From the NCBI RefSeq assembly GCF_009914755.1, contig NC_060928.1: DNA of 64,000 nt, one strand, 5' to 3'. The translations under genes and the position numbers were made by a program. The notes beneath the pieces were generated by a model. The model was not told the origin of the DNA. It saw nothing but the letters and a program-made list of their open reading frames with translations, and did not search any database. This DNA is from the human T2T-CHM13v2.0 reference genome, Homo sapiens. Shown in pieces: positions 54,878-64,000 of this stretch (position 1 is the stretch's first letter; each line of letters begins with the position of its first letter).

Positions 54878-57411
54878 AATGTTTTGATCTTATGTAGTCA
54901 ATCTTATCTAAGGTTCTTATGTGGTGTCTGATTTTGAGCTCTGAATAGAAAAGCCTTCCCTACTCCAAGTTCACAAAAACAAAACAAATAAATAAACAAA
55001 AAACCTTACTGTGGCCAAGCAGGAATATAATTTCACTCAACAGGATCTGGTTGAAGATAGTTTAATGAAGGAACTATTCATGAAAGTACAGACAAGATAA
55101 AGAAAGTGGTGAGAAGTGCTAAGAACCCCAGGGACTGGCTTTGGTAGGAAGCCATCACCACTCCTGGCCTGAAGGGGTAAGAAGACAAGGTGTGCCTGCA
55201 ACCATGTGAGACTGTGAGACCTGAATTAGGGGCCTCCTTGAAAGAGCTTAAGTGTGGCCATTCTTGTTGATTTTTCTGTATGAACATGGAATCAGCATGT
55301 CTAATTAAAATATAAAACAAATCTTTTGCTTTTATTGCTTTTGTTTTATTAATTAATTTAGGAAGACTTGTCATCTGTATGAGTTTATATCTTCCTATAT
55401 ACAATCGTCATACCTCTCAATTGTTCAAGGCTTAGTTTTCATCCTTCTGTAGGCTTCAATTTTTTTTTTTCAGAGAAGTCTTATATGATCCTACCTATAT
55501 GGGGAAGGGTATTTTATCTTTTGTCATTATTGTTGTTGTCATATTGCTTTTACAAATGGTTGGTTTTTGTCCAGCATTTGTTCTGTCAGGTGGTTCTGTG
55601 ATTGATTGAAAGCTCTTGCACTAGCAGTTCCATTTCAATGTGAGCTTTGCAACTTTAGGAGCTCAGGTGACATTGTTCACTAGTGAGTTCTCTTTCTGCC
55701 CTTCTTCTCTTCATTTCTTTGCTATCAGATTTGGCCAGTCTCAACCAGTGCAAGCAAAGTGACACCAAAATGTCTTAATTATTTCCCTGATATTTACATT
55801 TTAATTACAAAATACATATGTTGTCATTGTAGAAAAATAAAAAAGAACATAGAAGCTAAAAATATTACTGTAATATGTGAAATAAAAAGAACCCTTCCAC
55901 TTCTTAATCACTTAATTATTATTTTTTCCTTTCATGGTCTATGTATTTTTTTTCAAACAGCTGAACAAAACTGATGCTATGTCAGTAAAAAAATAAAAAT
56001 AAACCACTTACCAATTACAAATTATGTAAAAATGGACTCCTTAGGCAAAAATTATATATTTTAATTCTATAAATAATTGTTCATCTATATAAAGCAGTAG
56101 AATAATTTTCTGTTGAAGACTGTGTCATCTGATCAACCCCAGAACAGACTGAGGCTTCAGACTATGCTGGCAGCACAGTATCCTGCTGCTCTCTAGTGGC
56201 ACATTTCAATATCTGCAGGCAGATTGACTAGGCAATGTTATTTCATTTTTGGATTTCTGGCTTGGAGCAAAGGAAAAATCAAAAATGATCCAAAAGTTTA
56301 GAGACAGTCAAAGCTATTAATTTGCTGGTGTTTTATCAAGTTCTGTGAGAGTGAATTAGTCTGAGTAGTATCTTTTTTTTTGTTCAATTCAAATAGTTGT
56401 TTCAATTAAATATATAAGACTATTTAAAAATTAATTCAAGAAACATTTTATTAGCATTAGCTAAATGCCAGACATTATGCTAGCCAGTGAAAACACAGTT
56501 CAGTAAAAGGTAGACCTTTATTTTGAAGGAGGTCACATAATAATAACACTGCCATAATGTGTCATACTGAATATAACAGCACAGTACAAAGAAAGTACAA
56601 AAAGGAAAAATAAATGTATTCACATTCCCTATTCTTGATCAATTTCAGATAGAAGGCCTTAATTTACAATGGTGTTATTTCCTCTAGTGCTTGACGTAAA
56701 GTTGACAGAGCTTGGTAGAAGAGAATAGTGTTTTTAATCAGTTTTCTCATTTTAAGACCATTTCCTCAAAATATCACTTAATTCACTATGCTCTAGTCTT
56801 TTCGATTAACTTTAAAAGCGTGCTAATCCACATGAAGCAACTCCTCGCCCCTATCCTTGACTGGGATTTTGTGCTATTTTGTACTAATTGGAGGAGAACC
56901 TCATGTGTGCTCCAACTGCATCTCCTTTAGGATCAGATGTTTTTCCTGGTCATTCTAATTACTGGAGAAAATCCTATTTCAAAAACCAAAGAAATCTGGA
57001 ACCCTAACACAGTGCCTTCCCACTCCTACCCACTTATTTACAAATATCCCCATTATAAGAGGCTTTCTACCTGAAACCTTTTTTCCCCAATAGACATGAA
57101 TAACACCTACAATCACCCTCCAGGTTGTCACACTCCACACTGGAATTTGTACTTTTATTTGTGAACACTCCTGCAGGGAGGGTAAGCTCTACAGATGGCT
57201 TAGTTCCCTTAGTACTGTGCTCATTCCTCTTCCTTCCAGCCTCCCTGGTCCTTAGAGCAGAATAATGGCTAAGCCTGAAGAGTGAGGAAAGGGTCCATGA
57301 AAAAGGCAATATTTGAGCTGAGTTTTAGATGACAACTCAGATTTCTCAAAAGAAGAAAGAAGAAAGGAAGAAACAACATTCTATTTAGGGAAAAAATCAG
57401 GTAAAGTTATC

Positions 57412-59856
57412 TGCATTAGTCTGTTTTCACACTGCCATAAAGAACTGCCCAAGACTGGGTAATTCATAAAGGAAAGAGGTTTAATTGACTCACAGTTCTG
57501 CATGGCTAGGGAGGCCTCAGAAAACTTACAATCAAGGAAGTTCAAGGGGAAATGACAACTTCTTCACAAGGTGGCAGGAAGAAGAACGAATGCAGGAGGA
57601 ACTATCAAACACTTATAAAACCATCATGTCTTGTAAGAACTCACTCACTATCCTGAGAACAGCATGGGAAAACTGCCCCCATGATCCAATTACCTCCACC
57701 TGGTCTCTCTCTTGACATGTAGGGATTAAGGGGATTATAATTCAAGATGAGATTTGGGGGTACATAAAGCCTAACCATATTATTCCGCTCTTGGCCCCTC
57801 ACAAATCTTATATCCCTTTCACATTTCAAAGCCAATCATGCCTTCCCAAAAGGGAAATAAAGAGTCCCCTTTTGGGAAGGCTTAACTTCCCAAAAATTAA
57901 GACTCCCCTTTTGGGAAGACATGATTGGTTTTGAAATGTATCAACTCATTCCAGCATTAACTTAAAAATTCAAATTCTTAACTCATTCCAGCATTAACCC
58001 AAAAGTCCAAGTCTCATCTGAGACAAGGCAAGTCCCTTCCACCTAGGAGCCTGTAAAGTCAAAAGCAAGTTAGTTCCTTCCAAGATACAATGGAGATACA
58101 GGCATTGGGTAAATGTTCCTATTTCAAATTGGAGAAATTGGCCAAAACAAAGGGACTACAGGTCCAATACAAGTCCAATTCTGGCTGGTTAGTTATTTGG
58201 TGAGTTCCAAAATGATCTCCTTTGACTCCATGTCTCACATTCATGGCACGCTGTTGCAAGAGGTGGGCTCCCATGGCCGTGTGCAGTTTGTGGCTATGCA
58301 GAGTACAGACCCTGTGGCTGTTTCATGGGCTCACATTGAGTGCCTGCAGCTTTTCTATGTGCACAGTGCAAGCTGTCAGTGGATCTACCATTCTGGGTTC
58401 TGGAGGATCATAGCCGTCTTCTCACAACTTCACTAGGCAATGTCCTTGTGGGGACTCTTTGTGGCAGCTCCAACCCCACATTTCCCTTCTGCATTGCCCT
58501 AGCAGAGGTTCCCCATGAGGGCTCCATACTTGCAGCAAACTTCTCCCTGGACATCCAGGCATTTCTATACATCTTCTGAAATCTAGGGGGAGGTTTCCAA
58601 ACCTCAATTATTGACTTCTGTATACCCACAAGCCCAACACCATGTGTAAGCCACCAAGGCTTGGGACTTGCCTCCTCAGAATCAATGCCCTGAGCTGTAC
58701 ATTGGCCACTTTTAGCCATAGCTGGGACACAGGATACCAAGTTCTGAAACTGAACAAAGCAGCAAGGCCCTGAGCCTGGCTCAAAAAGACATTTTCTCCT
58801 CCTAGGCCTCCAGACCTGTGATGGGAGGGGATGCGGTAAAGACCTCTGACATGCCCTGGGGACATTTTCTCCATTCTCTTGGTGATTAACTTTTGGTTAA
58901 TCATTACTCATGCAAATTTCTGCTGCCAGCTTTAATTTCTCCCCAGAAAATGGATTTCTCTTTTCTATTGCATCATCAGTCTGCAAATTTTCCAAACTTT
59001 TATGCTCTGCTTCCCTTTAAAACATAAGTTCCAATTCCAAACCATCTCATTGTTAATGCATGAATTGAATACTTTTAAGAGCACCCAGGTCACATCTTGA
59101 ATGGTTTGCTGCTTAGAAATTTCTTCTCCCAGATACCCTAAATCATCTCTTTCAAGTTGAAAGTTCCACAGATCTTTAGGACAAGGACAAAATGTCACCA
59201 GTCTCTTTGCTAAAGCATAGCAAGCATCACCTTTATTTCAGTTCCCAACAAGTTCCTTCACTCCATCTGAGACAACCTTAGCCTGAACTTCATTGTTCAT
59301 ATCACTATTAGCATTTTGATCAGAGCCATTCACCAAGTCTATAGGAAGTTCCAAACTTTCCCACATCTTCCTGTCTTTTGAGCCCTCCAAATTATTCCAA
59401 CCTTTGTCTGTTACCCAGGTCCAAATTTCATCCCACCTTTTTGGGTATTTTTATAGCAGTACCCCACATCTGGTACTAATTAACTGTATTAGTCTATTTT
59501 CACACTGCTAGAAAGGACTGCCTGATACTGGGTAATTTATAAAGGAAAGAGGTTTAATTGACTCACAGTTTCACATGGCTTTGTAGGCCTCAGGAAACTT
59601 AGAATCACAGAGGAAGGTGAAGGGGAAGCAAATCATCTTCAAAAGGCGGCAGGAAGAAGAGTGAACACAGGAGGAATCAAATAATTATAAAACCATCAGA
59701 CCTCATAAGAACTCACTCACCATCATGAGAACAATATGGAAGAACTGCCCCCATGATCCAATTATCTCCACCTGTTCTTTCCCTTGACATGTGGGGATTA
59801 TGGGGATTATAATTCAAAATGTGATTTGGGTGGGGACACAAAACCTAACTATATCA
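57412..59856 (-). mobile_element. Full-length MaLR (THE1D/MSTA-like): LTR 57412-57782, internal 57783-59484, LTR 59485-59856
   Basis: Two similar LTRs (attagtc...ggaaagaggtttaattgactcacagtt...accatat), THE1-int-like core, flanks ttatc/gtatc. Confidence 0.92.
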
Positions 59857-60602
59857 GTATCAAACCATTTATTAGTAAAATAATTTTGTTTTTTGTATTT
59901 TACATTAAGGAGCTCACGCTCTATTCATTGTTTTTCCTCCAGTTTGTGTCATTCAAGAACATCTTAGATATATTATACATGTCTATATATAAACCTCAGT
60001 ATTTTTGTGTCTTAATATATGTGTATATATTTTAGTATATGGATATATACAGGCAAATGCTTACAAATGGATCTGGAAGTATCTCAGAACAAGAATGTGA
60101 AATTGAGTGACACCAATGAGTGACTTTGCTTAATCTAATTGTTTGAAATTCCATAATGTTAGGATTGTGTGTGCATGTCTGTGTATTACTTGGTGAATCG
60201 AAAACTACTTGTAAAGAGAAAAGACTAAAACTATACTATATTTGAAAAGAGCATAGGTCAAAAGATGGCTGGACAGTAGGACTATAGAAGAAAATGTTTT
60301 AAAATTTTTGTATTGCTAAGGCTTTCTGAGCAAAGAAATCTGTGATCTAAGTCAACAAACAAACCTTGGCAATTAAACTGCATATGAACAGACAGTGGGA
60401 ACTGAAATTTACTCTCTCAGAGGCATGTGTTTATGTTTCAAAGAGGAATAAAATCAAGAATCAAGGAAATATCAGGGTTTTCTGAGCTACAGGCACTTGG
60501 CTTATGTTCTACCTAAAGATATTTATTAACATTCCAAAGGTTAAGAACTCAGGACCCTCTCGTTCTCACAAAACAATTATGATTTGTTTATATTAGGGAG
60601 AT

Positions 60603-60605
<3 letters not shown>

Positions 60606-60642
<37 letters not shown>
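60606..60642. repeat. (CT)n microsatellite, about 18 units
   Basis: Direct read. Confidence 0.95.
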
Positions 60643-60646
<4 letters not shown>

Positions 60647-62749
60647 ATAACATTTATATAAACTCCCAAATTCATATTTTGGGTGTTTTCTTTTTTATAG
60701 TGTAGTAACTAACTTCCTACTTTTAGTTCTGCCCATTTGTTTCTTATCACGTTTCTTCAGAAGAAGAAAGAATTAAGGCAGAGGAAGAGTGATAAGGTTA
60801 TTGTTCTAAGTAATAATATCTCTAATCCCTGCTCCACAAGCTTCATGTTCACTTTCAGATAATATAAACAAATATAGATATTAAAAATGTACCATTTGCA
60901 CCAATACTCAATTTCACTGAGAATCATACTTTTGTGGTTAGGTTGCAGGGTTGGTGTTGGGTGTTTCCTCAGTTTTTTTTTAATCCCATCATTTCAGAAC
61001 ACAGATTAAATGACATTATATTTATTTATTTCACACATATTTATTGAGGGCCTAGTAGGCACCCAAGTACAGCCTACTAAATAGGAAAAAAATAAGCCTC
61101 AATCATCACAATCTATTGAGATAAGACAATAGAAAAAAATAACAAGTAAAATATTTAGAATGTTCAATCCCAGAGAAACAACCCACATCCATAAATTCAG
61201 CTTCAAAACTACCCCAAATTTTTAGTGTGCAACTAACAGACTGTGTCTTAGATGTCTCACAACTCATAAGACTTTAACATAAATCCTAGATAGTTATATT
61301 ATTCTCATTTTATGGATGTGGTCTTCCAAGCTTAAAGAGACTTGATACATATTTGCTGTTAGGATTACATAAAATAACCCATTCCTGGCCATTAAGTGCT
61401 TTCTCAGCTTTGCTATTATTAAAATTACTTGTGTTATATTATACCATTTTTATGCATGTACATTATGACATATTGTCTCTTACACTTCATCTATCTCAGC
61501 ATATTATTTGATAATAGCAAAAGAGACATGTTGTAGAACTGCATATTTATTTCTAGTGATGTAAATTTTGTAAATTAGGAATATAATCCAATAAACATTG
61601 GTTTACTTTAAATAGCTGTATTTATTCCTTAGTTTACAAATTTATCTAAAGACATCTGCTTAATGTGAAAAACAATTGAAGTTATATATATATATTAAAA
61701 GGTAAAATTAATATAAAATTAAAATATGTTTAAGTGCTTAAAATATTATTCCTAATCACAGAGCAATTAATATGGTTACTAACAAAAAAATGCTTTGCAG
61801 TAATGCCTTAGTTCAAACAATGGCCCCCACACACTGTCCCTTTATTAACTTCAAAAGAGGTGTATTTTATTCTAATGATAGTCAATTTTACTTGGAAAAT
61901 ATCTAAATATTTTTTCAAGGCATAATTTTCTAAAAGAGTTGTCTTAATTTGGGGTATGTAAACAATTTTCCTTAAATAAACATTGGTCAAAAAAAGAATA
62001 AATATAAACATGTATACACACACAAACATATATTAAAAAGGTAACAATGATGTTAGGTTTTTCAATAAAAAGTTTTTACTGCTGTTATATACTTTTAATA
62101 TTTTTATATTTATAATGTAGAAACATAAGGAAAGCCATATCTCATATGACATGAAGATAGATCTAATTTCCACTCATTACAAGGTTATCTATACTGCCAA
62201 TATTATTGTCATTTATTGCCATCTTCATAATTTTTAAAAAGTGCTAATTTTAATTTAGAGGTTATTGAAAATACAGGGGCAATTATTTTTTCCTCATTTG
62301 ATTTCACAGACTCTGATTCTCTTCACAGATCCCAGATTAAGAATCTCTGAAGAAATGTTTTTGTTTGCTCATAGCAGAGGAAGAGAGAATGATAGGAGAA
62401 ATGACAGGAGTCACATCCTGTCATTTCATTTTGGATTATAGCATATTGGTCTGAAAGTCACAAGACTCCACTTAACTCTAAGGTGGCTAAGAAATGTAGT
62501 GTCCCAAACGCCCAAGAAAAGGAGGAACACCAGATATCAGGAAGCACTGTTATTGTCTTTATATCACTCACCCAGAACACTCATAAAATTCCTTCTGCTT
62601 AATAGCCCCTGTTATAACCAGTTGTGTGTTGCTATAACAGAGTAACACAGATTGGGTAATTTATAAAGAAAAGAAATATATTTCTCTGAGTTCTGGAGGC
62701 TGGGAAGTCCAATATCAAGGTGGAAGGTGGAAGGGCAAGTGGGTAAATT

Positions 62750-63420
62750 TTAACTGAAATATTCTTTGGCTTGCTCAGCCCCAAAATCTTGGAGTCATCC
62801 TTTGCTTTTCTCTCTCATTTACCATTTCTAATATATAAGCAAATCCCGTCTGCTCTATGATCCCTTCTTCTTATATCCATCATTTTCACTTTTGTCCAAA
62901 TCAGCATTAGCCATTGCCTGGATAGTTAGTCATAAGAGCTGCTAATTATTCTTTCTGCTTTTATTCTTATTTATATCTCCAAACCCATCTTTATTTTCAA
63001 CACAGCTGCCAAGATAAAACTTTTAATAAAAAATAAAAGTCAGATCTCTTATTTCTCTGCTCAGAACCCTGTGATGAGTTTTCCAAGAAAAGCCAAGTAA
63101 GTTCCAGTGACCTGAAGATCAATGTGTTGATCTGGCTCCCCTTACTTGCCTTATCTCCTCCTACTCTCCCTCTTTCTTTCCTCCATCTAGACCAGCCTCC
63201 TTCTCTTCCCAAACACTCAAGACAAGTCTTTGACTTGAGACATTTGCAACTGCTATGCCCTCTTTTCAGAAATGCTCTTCCTCAACATACCTCTATGACT
63301 AGCTCATTTATCTTACTCAGATTTCTACTCACATGCCACTTCCTCAGAAAGGACTTTCCTGACCACAACATTTAAAACAACTCCTCCCCACCCAAGCACA
63401 CTGCTTTAAATTTTAGTCTT
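62750..63420 (+). mobile_element. L2 fragment
   Basis: aaaatcttggagtcatcctt, agccattgcctgga, gaaatgctcttcctc, actttcctgaccac motifs typical of L2 3' regions. Confidence 0.6.
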
Positions 63421-64000
63421 AGCACTGCACTTTCTCTGTGGTATGAATGCTATACATTAGAACTCACCCTTTCTCATATATGGTGAACTCTATAGTCCAG
63501 TGCAGAGGATTCTCATGTTATTTAACTTTTTATGTGGATTGTCTTTCATCACTTTGAATAATATATTATGGATAACTCTATCATTTTGTTTGAAAAGTCA
63601 TTTTCCAGAAACTGTGTTTATTTTAACAATACACACTCTGGATCCTATTTTAAAAGAGATAAAAAGCCTGATTCACCAGAAAGTCATTAAACTAAGAACT
63701 GATATTTTCTGCATTTTGTCCTACCCTCAAAAGATAGGACCTTGGATTGTATAAAGATAATGAGACAACTATGATTCAAATATTTTCTTATAGTGCAACC
63801 CAGTTTGTAGCATTTGAGTATTATAAAATGTTCACCACTATGGAACTGAGGATATCTGGTCATATGCACATATTAACTAGATCCACAGAAGGTATTACAG
63901 CAGTTACCTGCACTTACCCTGTTGCTATGGTTAGGGTACCAGTAGTCCAGGTAAAAGGGGAACACAATTATGCAGGAATTATTTGTGGTGATGTGTTGTC

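Noticed and set aside
58113-59198. Cluster of overlapping ORFs
   Set aside because: Fragmented MaLR internal ORF remnants.

Overview
AT-rich primate genomic DNA, almost certainly the human SULT1E1 (estrogen sulfotransferase) locus. The whole gene lies on the minus strand: non-coding exon 1 at about 34877-34973 behind a TATA box, then seven coding exons (32472 down to 16821). Spliced at GT-AG junctions these give 885 nt, an intact 294-aa protein with all sulfotransferase motifs. The rest is mostly transposable elements. At the left end, a deleted ERV9/LTR12 provirus (+) sits inside the pol gene of an older ERV3/HERV-R-like provirus (-). Upstream of the gene are a nested ERVL/MLT2 + Tigger4 + MST + MER4 + MLT2A cluster (about 39.9-48.1 kb) and a full-length THE1/MST MaLR element (57.4-59.9 kb). 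There are also two 5'-inverted L1s and many Alus. I found no convincing new gene or biological system; most of the provided ORFs are repeat-derived or spurious. The best testable hypotheses are an Alu-bracketed, stop-free 627-nt exon 3-7 circle, alternative polyadenylation that includes or excludes a 3'UTR Alu, a triple-DR1 element upstream of the promoter, a possible extra upstream exon, and template-switch palindromes. Repeat subfamily names and the TSS position come from recalled consensus or mRNA sequences, not from a search.
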